NCBI GenBank assembly: GCA_964016885.1
Contig: OZ024747.1
Location: 75,454,001-75,518,000 of the forward strand
Length of the DNA stretch: 64,000 bases
Direction: 5' to 3'
From: Eledone cirrhosa
Lineage: Eukaryota
The notes below the pieces were generated by a model. The model was not told the DNA's origin, searched no databases, and saw only the letters and a program-made list of their open reading frames with translations. This document shows positions 42,746 to 53,422 of this stretch, in pieces (position 1 is the first letter of the stretch; every line of letters begins with the position of its first letter). The translations under genes were made by a program, and so were the position numbers.

Positions 42746-45700
42746 ATGGCCATAAGAGTAGGAAGTTTAAATGTTCGTGGCCTGGGGTCGCCCTGGAAGC
42801 AAGGTCACTTGCTCAACGACCTCAGGTCACTAGGAATGGATGTAATTGCCATCAGCGAGACCAGAATTTCCGACACACGCGCACTGGCGCCGATTTTCGA
42901 CGATTATCAGATCTTTGCATCTGTTAGTCGGCCGGGAATGGGAGGTGGAGTGGCTGTGCTGTTTAGGAAATGTCTGGATCTCGAGGTAAGGTCAATCTTC
43001 CGGGATCCTGACGGAAAGTTGGTGGTCCTGGACGTGAGCAATAGCGAAGGTGGTGCCTTTAGACTGGTGGCCGTCTACGCCCCTACTGGGGCCGGTCGGC
43101 CGGACCTCTTTAGGCGCCTGGAAAACTTTCTGCTTACGTCTCGCCCTTTACTGTTAATAGGGGATTGGAATGGCATCTTAGAAGCACGCTGGGATTGTGT
43201 GGGAGTATCTGATAGGAGCGGGGGGTGCAAAAGCCTCAAGTACCTGATCAGCCAGTTTCAACTGTCTGACAGGTACCGACTAGATTTCCCTAATGCGCCA
43301 GTATGGACCTGGACCAATCGCATAGGGTCATCTAGATCGTACATAGATAGGATTTTCATTAGGAAAAGAGATAGAAATAGTGTAGGATGTCCACATTTTA
43401 AAACGGTTGCCTATTCAGATCACAAGCTTGTGATCTGTATGGTCGACCTAGATAAGACACGTAGGTTAGGACCTAGCTACTGGAAGCTAAACATGTCGTT
43501 TCCGGCACGTAAAGCTTACAGGGACCGGGTCAACAACTTAGTTAAGCAAAAGTTGACAGGGGGGGTTGTCAACAACAGGTGGTGGGGGGCACTCAAAAGA
43601 GAGATTAGAGCAACCTCGATAGGATTTAGCAAAGAAGTAGCAATAGAGAAAAATAGAAAGGAGGAGGGGCTGATAGCTAAGTTAGACGAGGCTATTTGTA
43701 GTGGCATTGCAACAGACGTGCTAGCGGCGAGAATGGCACTAGACCATTTCTTCAATGCGAAACACGAAGGTTGCATTGTCAGAGCTAAGGCGCGTGCTCT
43801 GAGGAACGAGGGAACCAAAGCTGCCCGATGGGCTCGCTTTGCAGAGACGCAGCGTGGAAATAAAACCACAATTCGGTCTTTGACGGATCGAGATGGACAC
43901 GAACTGAGCGATTCCAAGCAGATGTGTGAGGCCTTTCGCCAGCACTTTGCTCGATTGTTCGGGAGGATGGGTGAGTCGGAGACGGCGGCGGACTTCAGTC
44001 CCTACCTCGACGGCTTGCCACGCCTCTCGACGGCCGACGCTGAGCGCTGCGAAGAGCCGATAACATCAGCCGAAATTCAGGACGCCCTTGTCGGCTGCTC
44101 GAGTCGCAAGTCACCCGGTTTGGATGGTCTGCCCTACGAGCTTTACGTAAATATGCCAGACTTGTTCTCCGATCTCCTCGAAGCGCTCTACTGCAACTGG
44201 CAGCAGAACGGGAGCATTCCCAGTTCTGTGAGCCGTGGCGTAGTGACGCTGATAAGGAAAGACGAGAACAAGAGGGACACACTAGATAATTTCAGGCCCA
44301 TAACCCTGCTCAACACAGAGTTTAAGATTTTGGCCAAGGTGTTAGCGAAAAGGTTGGCGCTTGTCGTCAAAGATTTGGTTGGGGAGGCGCAAACTTGCGC
44401 AATCCCGACCAGGTCCATACACGACAACCTCCACCTCATGCGATACATCATAGAGAGGGTTGGGTGCAAACCTGGCTTCGGTGGGGCTCTGATCAATTTA
44501 GATCAATCGAAAGCATTCGATAGGGTCGACCATCGGTACTTGGAGGCTGTCCTCGAGGCGGCTGGCTTCGGCCCCGTCTTCAGAAGCTGGATCGCTGCAA
44601 TGTACAGCGGCATCCGCTCGGTGGTCAAAGTTAATGGCCACCTCTCGGAACCGTTTCAGATCTCTCGATCGGTCCGTCAAGGGTGCCCTCTCTCCTCACT
44701 TCTGTACGTATTGACTCTTGAGCCTCTACTGCGGAAGCTGGAGTTGTTGCAGGGCATCCCGCTCGAACCGGGACGTAGAAAGGCTGCGTCCGCTTATGCG
44801 GACGACATCACCGTGATGGTGTCGGACACCTCGGAAATCGAGGTGATCCGCACCCATTTGGAGGAATATGAAAGGTTGACGGGAGCAAAACTTAACCCGG
44901 AAAAGTCGGTGGGCTTGCAGCTCGGCACCTGGAGAGGCAAGTCCATGCCGTCCAACAGCGTCGTTGGGCGCTGGACAGACGGACCGGTAAAGTTGCTCGG
45001 GGTTTGGTTCGGACCAGACCTCCAGGTGGATAAGAATTGGGACGAGGTGACGAGCAGGATAGCCAACCTCACCCAGAAATGGGCTGAGAGAAAGCTATCA
45101 CTGAAAGGGCGGGCGGAGGTGGCGAACGCGTACATCGCGTCCGTCATCTACTACCGCCTGACCGTCGTGCCTTGCCCCCGTCCACGCCTCGCCAATTTGG
45201 AACGGCTCCTTTTCAAATTTTTGTGGAGGGGACGGGTCCCGTTGGTGAGGCGGTCCATCTGCTGCCAGCACCCTCTTCGTGGAGGGCTGGGCATGCCGTG
45301 GCTAATGATGCGCAGACATGCGCTGAGGCTGCGACATCTCCAGATATTTTGCCTAAACGGTGAACAGGTGTGGTCGCCGTTTGTTAGACGGGCCTTTCCG
45401 CAGCTCATCTCTTTGACTGAGCTGCAGTCCTGGGTCAAGAAGAGACCGAGACTGGGCGACTGGCATCTGGAATGTTGCCAGGCGCTCACTGCACTCTGCA
45501 AGGTGGGCAATGCGGTCAGTGGAACTTCCACTCAAGATTTCTATAGAGGATTAGTGGAGGGCAAGTGCGATGACGTACTAGGAGAGGCTCTGGGCGTCAA
45601 CGAAGTAGAACTGACCAGTATGTTCCGGAGGACTTTCGAGCCGGGGACGATGGATAACTTCCAGAAATCCCTCGCTTGGCAGTGCTACCGGGGGGCGCTG

Positions 45701-46165
45701 CCGGTTCGGGATAAACTCTACAGGCACGGAAGTGCTGTCAGACGAACCTGCCCGAGATGCGCGCAGAGCGACGAAACCGTTCTGCACGCACTCGTCCAGT
45801 GTCCGTGCATTGCTGACTTGTGGGGTTATGTCGAACAGCTATTGTCGCGTGTAGAACGGATCCGGCTATCGTCCGAGTCCATAGTGAAGATTGACCCGCC
45901 GCCTTCTTTTGGTCAGGAAGGGCAGGCAATTTTCCTCTGCCTGGTGGCAGTAGCGAAAGAGGTTGCATGGTGGACCAGGTTGAAAGGACTGAAGACAGAC
46001 ACTTTTCTCTTCGGCCAATCCCTCATCAACTTCTTCAAGTTTCACTTGGAAAGGAAGGTGAGGGTGGAGAGAGAAGTGCTGCCCCCCAGTACATTTACTG
46101 AAAGGTGGGTGAATGTGGCGAGAATGGCCCGCGTGAGTGGGCCTACTCTGATCATGCGCCTGTAG
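42746..46165 (+). CDS. ORF2 APE endonuclease-reverse transcriptase (1139 aa)
   Basis: SLNVRGL, SET, GDWN, IDRIF, SDHK; KSPGLDG, FRPITLLN, KAFDRV, QGCPLS, YADD; C-terminal CPRC..H...C. Confidence 0.96.
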   Translation: MAIRVGSLNVRGLGSPWKQGHLLNDLRSLGMDVIAISETRISDTRALAPIFDDYQIFASVSRPGMGGGVAVLFRKCLDLEVRSIFRDPDGKLVVLDVSNSEGGAFRLVAVYAPTGAGRPDLFRRLENFLLTSRPLLLIGDWNGILEARWDCVGVSDRSGGCKSLKYLISQFQLSDRYRLDFPNAPVWTWTNRIGSSRSYIDRIFIRKRDRNSVGCPHFKTVAYSDHKLVICMVDLDKTRRLGPSYWKLNMSFPARKAYRDRVNNLVKQKLTGGVVNNRWWGALKREIRATSIGFSKEVAIEKNRKEEGLIAKLDEAICSGIATDVLAARMALDHFFNAKHEGCIVRAKARALRNEGTKAARWARFAETQRGNKTTIRSLTDRDGHELSDSKQMCEAFRQHFARLFGRMGESETAADFSPYLDGLPRLSTADAERCEEPITSAEIQDALVGCSSRKSPGLDGLPYELYVNMPDLFSDLLEALYCNWQQNGSIPSSVSRGVVTLIRKDENKRDTLDNFRPITLLNTEFKILAKVLAKRLALVVKDLVGEAQTCAIPTRSIHDNLHLMRYIIERVGCKPGFGGALINLDQSKAFDRVDHRYLEAVLEAAGFGPVFRSWIAAMYSGIRSVVKVNGHLSEPFQISRSVRQGCPLSSLLYVLTLEPLLRKLELLQGIPLEPGRRKAASAYADDITVMVSDTSEIEVIRTHLEEYERLTGAKLNPEKSVGLQLGTWRGKSMPSNSVVGRWTDGPVKLLGVWFGPDLQVDKNWDEVTSRIANLTQKWAERKLSLKGRAEVANAYIASVIYYRLTVVPCPRPRLANLERLLFKFLWRGRVPLVRRSICCQHPLRGGLGMPWLMMRRHALRLRHLQIFCLNGEQVWSPFVRRAFPQLISLTELQSWVKKRPRLGDWHLECCQALTALCKVGNAVSGTSTQDFYRGLVEGKCDDVLGEALGVNEVELTSMFRRTFEPGTMDNFQKSLAWQCYRGALPVRDKLYRHGSAVRRTCPRCAQSDETVLHALVQCPCIADLWGYVEQLLSRVERIRLSSESIVKIDPPPSFGQEGQAIFLCLVAVAKEVAWWTRLKGLKTDTFLFGQSLINFFKFHLERKVRVEREVLPPSTFTERWVNVARMARVSGPTLIMRL

Positions 46166-46654
46166 GCTGGTGAATTCGAGAAGGAGAGGGGTGCCCTTCC
46201 CGGGTGCCCTAGGAGCGTCGGGTGGCTCAGGACTGGTGGGGTGCTTGAGTCAACCCTGGGTGGTGATCCCTCTTATTGGGGAACTTTCATTGTTGTATTT
46301 TTATTGTTATTTTGTTTTTGTTTTTTTGTTATTTATACTTACTCGATCTCTATGTAAACCCCCACTGTCCCTGTCTATTGTGTTGTCCCCTATATGTCGG
46401 CCCTTGTGGCCAATAAATGAAATCATTATTATTATTATTATTGACGAAAGTGGATGTACGTTTTTTGAAGCTCCGTGAGTAAGCAATTTTTTGAGGATTA
46501 ATTGTAGAGAATTGTTTATTTTTTGTACCGCTGAAGCATTATAAGACATTAATTTGTATCCTGTGAAGGAATAACTCATAATATTTGGGCCTTTTGGCCC
46601 AAATATTTGAACTTTATTTTGAAAAAAAAATAATAATTTTTTTCTCAAAAAAAC

Positions 46655-48565
46655 ATGGCGGAGCCACGCCCCCTAGAGGCGGGTCTGCTGTCGTGCAACG
46701 GCGACTTGAGCGTTGAGAGGAGAGGTGAGGCGAGGAGCGCCACCAGCACGAATGTGAGCAGCGACAGTGCCAGCACCAACGGGCCGAGCGGCGCGGAAGG
46801 TGGTAACAGCGACAACACCAACACCAACAAGCCGAACAGCGCAGAAGGTGGTAATAACGAGAGCACCAACAAAACGAACAGCACAGAGAGTAATAGTAGC
46901 GACAGCAACAGCACCAACAAGGCCAACAGCACAGAGGGTAACCACGACACAGGGGAGAACAACAACAGCAATAGCAGCAGCAACACCAACAAGAACAACA
47001 ACAGTGACAACACCAACAAGAACACTTTCGCTGCTGTGGCAGCGGCTAAAAGGAGACCATGCTACAGCATCGACTTAACCAACAGAGAGGAAAAGTTGGC
47101 CCAGGCCTGGAAAATCATAAATCAAGAGCAGACCTGGGCAAACTTAACTGTCCCGGCAGAAGCCATTGAGGCAGTGGAAAAAAGAACGGTGCATTTCAGA
47201 TGCATCTCAGTAGAGACAAAGAGGGCAGCGATAATCGCCCAAGCTGACATAGAAGCCGCACTGAAATACATCAGAGAGGACACAGACTTCATAGAGAGGG
47301 GCAGGCAATACGGCACCGTTTCGGTGCTGTTCAAGTCTGAAGCCCTCGCTGTGAAGCATTCAATGACCCCTTGCAAAACCAGCAAGGTCATAATGTACCC
47401 CTCCCACATGGGAAAACGAATAGCACGTGTGCGCATTCCCAGGATTCCACCAGGACTTGATATGTGGTGGCTCCTGGGTTGCGTAATCGTGGAAGGAACG
47501 GATACAGTCCCGGTAGAGGCAACGAGAACTGCCAGGGACGACTGGTCCGGGGTTGATCTGGAGATACTGCTCCAAATCAGACCCGAAAACGTAAAAACAA
47601 TCCCGGACCACATCCGCCTCCAAAACGGGAGGGTGTTGCATATAATGACTGAGGGCAAAAGGCCGCATTGTTTCCTTTGTGGGGAAACGACACACTTGCG
47701 AGCCTTCTGCCCTCAACTGCCGAAAAGCGCAAGGGGTCGAAAGATTCCACTGCTGGCGACGCCGGGACAAGGACCACCAGCAACACCGTCAACAATGGAA
47801 CCACCAAAATTGCACACCCAGGGGGGAAACGAGGAAAGCTCTCCCATTCCCCCTCCCCCCCAAAATACACACACGAACAAGAACATAAACACTCACTCAG
47901 ACACAAACACGCTCACAGCCACAGACCCCTCATCCTCCAGCAGTGAAGATGAGGGAAAACCAAAGTCCCCCAAAATACAAAAAACAAAACACAAAAAAAA
48001 AAGAAATCCACAAAGCACAAACACCCCCACAAAAAAAAATACACACACCACCCACACAAACATTTTCCCCACAGCATCACCAACACAACCACCAACATCC
48101 CCCAAACGCAAACAAGCTAAACAGACACAAGAACAAATAGACACACAAACATCAGAAACTACAGACACCCCACCCACAACAAACGCAGACACAATAGAAA
48201 CAACACTAACAAAGCTATCACCACCACAATCACACGAACAAATAAAACCCGAGCAACAAAACATTAAAAACTTCGTGCTTGCCAGAAGGGCCAACAAGGA
48301 ATTGATGGCCCATGTAGCACGAAGCACAAACATCGAAAAAGACGGGGAAACATTTGAAGCGAGCACATTTCGCGTACCAGATAATTTGCTTCTGATGCGA
48401 ATGTCGCTCGCTTCATACAAAGAAATTCGAAAGAGCTTTCCTCGGGATGTGGGAACCCCGAACGTAAAACCCACGTCAAGACTATTAAAGGGGTTCCCAA
48501 AAGAAACCCCACAAACCATGGAGGTCGAACCACCCGACCTTCACAAGACCCCGGAAGGTAAGTAA
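46655..48565 (+). CDS. ORF1 gag-like protein (636 aa)
   Basis: As copy 1, plus a 16-aa in-frame insertion. Confidence 0.9.
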   Translation: MAEPRPLEAGLLSCNGDLSVERRGEARSATSTNVSSDSASTNGPSGAEGGNSDNTNTNKPNSAEGGNNESTNKTNSTESNSSDSNSTNKANSTEGNHDTGENNNSNSSSNTNKNNNSDNTNKNTFAAVAAAKRRPCYSIDLTNREEKLAQAWKIINQEQTWANLTVPAEAIEAVEKRTVHFRCISVETKRAAIIAQADIEAALKYIREDTDFIERGRQYGTVSVLFKSEALAVKHSMTPCKTSKVIMYPSHMGKRIARVRIPRIPPGLDMWWLLGCVIVEGTDTVPVEATRTARDDWSGVDLEILLQIRPENVKTIPDHIRLQNGRVLHIMTEGKRPHCFLCGETTHLRAFCPQLPKSARGRKIPLLATPGQGPPATPSTMEPPKLHTQGGNEESSPIPPPPQNTHTNKNINTHSDTNTLTATDPSSSSSEDEGKPKSPKIQKTKHKKKRNPQSTNTPTKKNTHTTHTNIFPTASPTQPPTSPKRKQAKQTQEQIDTQTSETTDTPPTTNADTIETTLTKLSPPQSHEQIKPEQQNIKNFVLARRANKELMAHVARSTNIEKDGETFEASTFRVPDNLLLMRMSLASYKEIRKSFPRDVGTPNVKPTSRLLKGFPKETPQTMEVEPPDLHKTPEGK

Positions 48566-48594
48566 ACCTTTCCTCTCCCATTCATCCTGCCAGC

Positions 48595-51500
48595 ATGGCC
48601 ATAAGAGTAGGAAGTTTAAATGTTCGTGGCCTGGGGTCGCCCTGGAAGCAAGGTCACTTGCTCAACGACCTCAGGTCACTAGGAATGGATGTAATTGCCA
48701 TCAGCGAGACCAGAATTTCCGACACACGCGCACTGGCGCCGATTTTCGACGATTATCAGATCTTTGCATCTGTTAGTCGGCCGGGAATGGGAGGTGGAGT
48801 GGCTGTGCTGTTTAGGAAATGTCTGGATCTCGAGGTAAGGTCAATCTTCCGGGATCCTGACGGAAAGTTGGTGGTCCTGGACGTGAGCAATAGCGAAGGT
48901 GGTGCCTTTAGACTGGTGGCCGTCTACGCCCCTACTGGGGCCGGTCGGCCGGACTTCTTTAGGCGCCTGGAAAACTTTCTGCTTACGTCTCGCCCTTTAC
49001 TGTTAATAGGGGATTGGAATGGCATCTTAGAAGCACGCTGGGATTGTGTGGGAGTATCTGATAGGAGCGGGGGGTGCAAAAGCCTCAAGTACCTGATCAG
49101 CCAGTTTCAACTGTCTGACAGGTACCGACTAGATTTCCCTAATGCGCCAGTATGGACCTGGACCAATCGCATAGGGTCATCTAGATCGTACATAGATAGG
49201 ATTTTCATTAGGAAAAGAGATAGAAATAGTGTAGGATGTCCACATTTTAAAACGGTTGCCTATTCAGATCACAAGCTTGTGATCTGTATGGTCGACCTAG
49301 ATAAGACACGTAGGTTAGGACCTAGCTACTGGAAGCTAAACATGTCGTTTCCGGCACGTAAAGCTTACAGGGACCGGGTCAACAACTTAGTTAAGCAAAA
49401 GTTGACAGGGGGGGTTGTCAACAACAGGTGGTGGGGGGCACTCAAAAGAGAGATTAGAGCAACCTCGATAGGATTTAGCAAAGAAGTAGCAATAGAGAAA
49501 AATAGAAAGGAGGAGGGGCTGATAGCTAAGTTAGACGAGGCTATTTGTAGTGGCATTGCAACAGACGTGCTAGCGGCGAGAATGGCACTAGACCATTTCT
49601 TCAATGCGAAACACGAAGGTTGCATTGTCAGAGCTAAGGCGCGTGCTCTGAGGAACGAGGGAAGCAAAGCTGCCCGATGGGCTCGCTTTGCAGAGACGCA
49701 GCGTGGAAATAAAACCACAATTCGGTCTTTGACGGATCGAGATGGACACGAACTGAGCGATTCCAAGCAGATGTGTGAGGCCTTTCGCCAGCACTTTGCT
49801 CGATTGTTCGGGAGGATGGGTGAGTCGGAGACGGCGGCGGACTTCAGTCCCTACCTCGACGGCTTGCCACGCCTCTCGACGGCCGACGCTGAGCGCTGCG
49901 AAGAGCCGATAACATCAGCCGAAATTCAGGACGCCCTTGTCGGCTGCTCGAGTCGCAAGTCACCCGGTTTGGATGGTCTGCCCTACGAGCTTTACGTAAA
50001 TATGCCAGACTTGTTCTCCGATCTCCTCGAAGCGCTCTACTGCAACTGGCAGCAGAACGGGAGCATTCCCAGTTCTGTGAGCCGTGGCGTAGTGACGCTG
50101 ATAAGGAAAGACGAGAACAAGAGGGACACACTAGATAATTTCAGGCCCATAACCCTGCTCAACACAGAGTTTAAGATTTTGGCCAAGGTGTTAGCGAAAA
50201 GGTTGGCGCTTGTCGTCAAAGATTTGGTTGGGGAGGCGCAAACTTGCGCAATCCCGACCAGGTCCATACACGACAACCTCCACCTCATGCGATACATCAT
50301 AGAGAGGGTTGGGTGCAAACCTGGCTTCGGTGGGGCTCTGATCAATTTAGATCAATCGAAAGCATTCGATAGGGTCGACCATCGGTACTTGGAGGCTGTC
50401 CTCGAGGCGGCTGGCTTCGGCCCCGTCTTCAGAAGCTGGATCGCTGCAATGTACAGCGGCATCCGCTCGGTGGTCAAAGTTAATGGCCACCTCTCGGAAC
50501 CGTTTCAGATCTCTCGATCGGTCCGTCAAGGGTGCCCTCTCTCCTCACTTCTGTACGTATTGACTCTTGAGCCTCTACTGCGGAAGCTGGAGTTGTTGCA
50601 GGGCATCCCGCTCGAACCGGGACGTAGAAAGGCTGCGTCCGCTTATGCGGACGACATCACCGTGATGGTGTCGGACACCTCGGAAATCGAGGTGATCCGC
50701 ACCCATTTGGAGGAATATGAAAGGTTGACGGGAGCAAAACTTAACCCGGAAAAGTCGGTGGGCTTGCAGCTCGGCACCTGGAGAGGCAAGTCCATGCCGT
50801 CCAACAGCGTCGTTGGGCGCTGGACAGACGGACCGGTAAAGTTGCTCGGGGTTTGGTTCGGACCAGACCTCCAGGTGGATAAGAATTGGGACGAGGTGAC
50901 GAGCAGGATAGCCAACCTCACCCAGAAATGGGCTGAGAGAAAGCTATCACTGAAAGGGCGGGCGGAGGTGGCGAACGCGTACATCGCGTCCGTCATCTAC
51001 TACCGCCTGACCGTCGTGCCTTGCCCCCGTCCACGCCTCGCCAATTTGGAACGGCTCCTTTTCAAATTTTTGTGGAGGGGACGGGTCCCGTTGGTGAGGC
51101 GGTCCATCTGCTGCCAGCACCCTCTTCGTGGAGGGCTGGGCATGCCGTGGCTAATGATGCGCAGACATGCGCTGAGGCTGCGACATCTCCAGATATTTTG
51201 CCTAAACGGTGAACAGGTGTGGTCGCCGTTTGTTAGACGGGCCTTTCCGCAGCTCATCTCTTTGACTGAGCTGCAGTCCTGGGTCAAGAAGAGACCGAGA
51301 CTGGGCGACTGGCATCTGGAATGTTGCCAGGCGCTCACTGCACTCTGCAAGGTGGGCAATGCGGTCAGTGGAACTTCCACTCAAGATTTCTATAGAGGAT
51401 TAGTGGAGGGCAAGTGCGATGACGTACTAGGAGAGGCTCTGGGCGTCAACGAAGTAGAACTGACCAGTATGTTCCGGAGGACTTTCGAGCCGGGGACGAT

Positions 51501-52014
51501 GGATAACTTCCAGAAATCCCTCGCTTGGCAGTGCTACCGGGGGGCGCTGCCGGTTCGGGATAAACTCTACAGGCACGGAAGTGCTGTCAGACGAACCTGC
51601 CCGAGATGCGCGCAGAGCGACGAAACCGTTCTGCACGCACTCGTCCAGTGTCCGTGCATTGCTGACTTGTGGGGTTATGTCGAACAGCTATTGTCGCGTG
51701 TAGAACGGATCCGGCTATCGTCCGAGTCCATAGTGAAGATTGACCCGCCGCCTTCTTTTGGTCAGGAAGGGCAGGCAATTTTCCTCTGCCTGGTGGCAGT
51801 AGCGAAAGAGGTTGCATGGTGGACCAGGTTGAAAGGACTGAAGACAGACACTTTTCTCTTCGGCCAATCCCTCATCAACTTCTTCAAGTTTCACTTGGAA
51901 AGGAAGGTGAGGGTGGAGAGAGAAGTGCTGCCCCCCAGTACATTTACTGAAAGGTGGGTGAATGTGGCGAGAATGGCCCGCGTGAGTGGGCCTACTCTGA
52001 TCATGCGCCTGTAG
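48595..52014 (+). CDS. ORF2 APE endonuclease-reverse transcriptase (1139 aa)
   Basis: All catalytic motifs intact; two aa differences seen versus copy 1 (PDLF/PDFF, EGTK/EGSK). Confidence 0.96.
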   Translation: MAIRVGSLNVRGLGSPWKQGHLLNDLRSLGMDVIAISETRISDTRALAPIFDDYQIFASVSRPGMGGGVAVLFRKCLDLEVRSIFRDPDGKLVVLDVSNSEGGAFRLVAVYAPTGAGRPDFFRRLENFLLTSRPLLLIGDWNGILEARWDCVGVSDRSGGCKSLKYLISQFQLSDRYRLDFPNAPVWTWTNRIGSSRSYIDRIFIRKRDRNSVGCPHFKTVAYSDHKLVICMVDLDKTRRLGPSYWKLNMSFPARKAYRDRVNNLVKQKLTGGVVNNRWWGALKREIRATSIGFSKEVAIEKNRKEEGLIAKLDEAICSGIATDVLAARMALDHFFNAKHEGCIVRAKARALRNEGSKAARWARFAETQRGNKTTIRSLTDRDGHELSDSKQMCEAFRQHFARLFGRMGESETAADFSPYLDGLPRLSTADAERCEEPITSAEIQDALVGCSSRKSPGLDGLPYELYVNMPDLFSDLLEALYCNWQQNGSIPSSVSRGVVTLIRKDENKRDTLDNFRPITLLNTEFKILAKVLAKRLALVVKDLVGEAQTCAIPTRSIHDNLHLMRYIIERVGCKPGFGGALINLDQSKAFDRVDHRYLEAVLEAAGFGPVFRSWIAAMYSGIRSVVKVNGHLSEPFQISRSVRQGCPLSSLLYVLTLEPLLRKLELLQGIPLEPGRRKAASAYADDITVMVSDTSEIEVIRTHLEEYERLTGAKLNPEKSVGLQLGTWRGKSMPSNSVVGRWTDGPVKLLGVWFGPDLQVDKNWDEVTSRIANLTQKWAERKLSLKGRAEVANAYIASVIYYRLTVVPCPRPRLANLERLLFKFLWRGRVPLVRRSICCQHPLRGGLGMPWLMMRRHALRLRHLQIFCLNGEQVWSPFVRRAFPQLISLTELQSWVKKRPRLGDWHLECCQALTALCKVGNAVSGTSTQDFYRGLVEGKCDDVLGEALGVNEVELTSMFRRTFEPGTMDNFQKSLAWQCYRGALPVRDKLYRHGSAVRRTCPRCAQSDETVLHALVQCPCIADLWGYVEQLLSRVERIRLSSESIVKIDPPPSFGQEGQAIFLCLVAVAKEVAWWTRLKGLKTDTFLFGQSLINFFKFHLERKVRVEREVLPPSTFTERWVNVARMARVSGPTLIMRL

Positions 52015-52754
52015 GCTGGTGAATTCGAGAAGGAGAGGGGTGCCCTTCCCGGGTGCCCTAGGAGCGTCGGGTGGCTCAGGACTGGTGGGGTGCTTGAGTC
52101 AACCCTGGGTGGTGATCCCTCTTATTGGGGAACTTTCATTGTTGTATTTTTATTGTTATTTTGTTTTTTTGTTATTTATACTTACTCGATCTCTATGTAA
52201 ACCCCCACTGTCCCTGTCTATTGTGTTGTCCCCTATATGTCGGCCCTTGTGGCCAATAAATGAAATCATTATTATTATTATTATTATTATTAGCTCATGC
52301 TTTCTTAACACCAATACGAGACTAAAAAAGAAATTAACTTGATCATACAAACATATTTAGAGTCAGTAGTACATTAGTGTAGTATAAACCAAATCAGCTG
52401 TATATTGAAACAAATTATTGGAGGGGGTTAAACCCTAAGAGCCTCTTAGCGCCGGAAGGTTTGATATCATATCTTACATATACACATTTGAAAATATCTG
52501 TGGCCAACAGAGAACGCCTCAATCACCCAACTGTTGCTACCCCCTGTTTAAATCAAACCTAGCTATGACTGAACATTTGATCATACGTCTACTCAACCAG
52601 AGCTGTCAACAGGTTATATAACAACATCAATACCCCAAACTAAGAACTGAATGGTGTATTTCTATGTGGAGTATGGTATATCTGAAATAATTAATCTGCG
52701 GCTCACATCTGTTCGTTTAATGATTATCTATCTGGGATCTGGGACTACACAATA

Positions 52755-52955
52755 ATGGTTTCTAATTTAGGCACAAGGTGAACAATCTTTGGGGGAGGAG
52801 AAAGTCGATTACATCGACCCCAGTGTGTGACTGGTACTTTATTTTATCAACACCGTAAGGATGAAAGGCAAAACCAACGTCGACGAGATTTGAAATCAGA
52901 ACGTAAACGGCAGTAACTCTATGCCACAAAGAAAGGTATCCAACACTCTACCGAT
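52755..52955 (-). mobile_element. tRNA-derived SINE
   Basis: CTGGTACTTTATTTTATC..TAAGGATGAAAGGCAAA..GATTTGAA; reverse complement of the 35303 family. Confidence 0.8.
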
Positions 52956-53134
52956 ACTACCAACAACAACAACACCACACTGCGGTGTATTGACACAATT
53001 GGTAGAACTTCAGATAAGATGCCTTGTGTTATTTGTTTCTGAATCAGGATATGACAGAGCTGTTGTTCCATTGCTGGAATTCAATATTCTTCCTAATACA
53101 AATATTATCATCACTTAAAAATGATTTCTTTATT

Positions 53135-53422
53135 GGCCACAAATGTGTTACTGGATAGCCCTAGTTCTAGCGGGGTTTAGTAGGCCACAAATGTGTTACT
53201 GGGTAGCCCTAGTTCTAGCGGGGTTTAGTAGGCCACAAATGTGTTCCTGGATAGCCCTAGTTCTAGCGGGGTTTAGTAGGCCACAAATGTGTTACTGGAT
53301 AGCCCTAGTTCTAGCGGGGTTTAGTAGGCCACAAATGTGTTACTGGATAGCCCTAGTTCTAGCGGGGTTTAGTAGGCCACAAATGTGTTACTGGATAGCC
53401 CTAGTTCTAGCGGGGTTAAGTA
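53135..53422. repeat. 48-bp minisatellite, 6 copies
   Basis: GGCCACAAATGTGTTACTGGATAGCCCTAGTTCTAGCGGGGTTTAGTA. Confidence 0.95.

Larger units (their letters stand above)
40642..46442 (+). mobile_element. Full-length L1/Tx1-clade non-LTR retrotransposon, copy 1
   Basis: 5' UTR, two intact ORFs, 3' UTR with AATAAA and (ATT)6 tail at 46425-46442. Confidence 0.95.
46443..52291 (+). mobile_element. Full-length L1/Tx1-clade non-LTR retrotransposon, copy 2
   Basis: Same 5' start GACGAAAGTGG; nearly identical to copy 1; (ATT)8 tail at 52268-52291. Confidence 0.95.

Noticed and set aside
46170-46478. 102/107-aa 'ORF3' after ORF2
   Set aside because: GTG start, runs through the 3' UTR and (ATT)n tail; no equivalent evident in the older copy
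40844-51817. Antisense and alternative-frame ORFs inside the Tx1 copies
   Set aside because: Shadow ORFs from compositional bias; repeated only because the copies are near-identical
40642-52291. LTR element or assembly artefact
   Set aside because: APE-RT without integrase; repeats are whole elements; copies differ by substitutions and an in-frame indel
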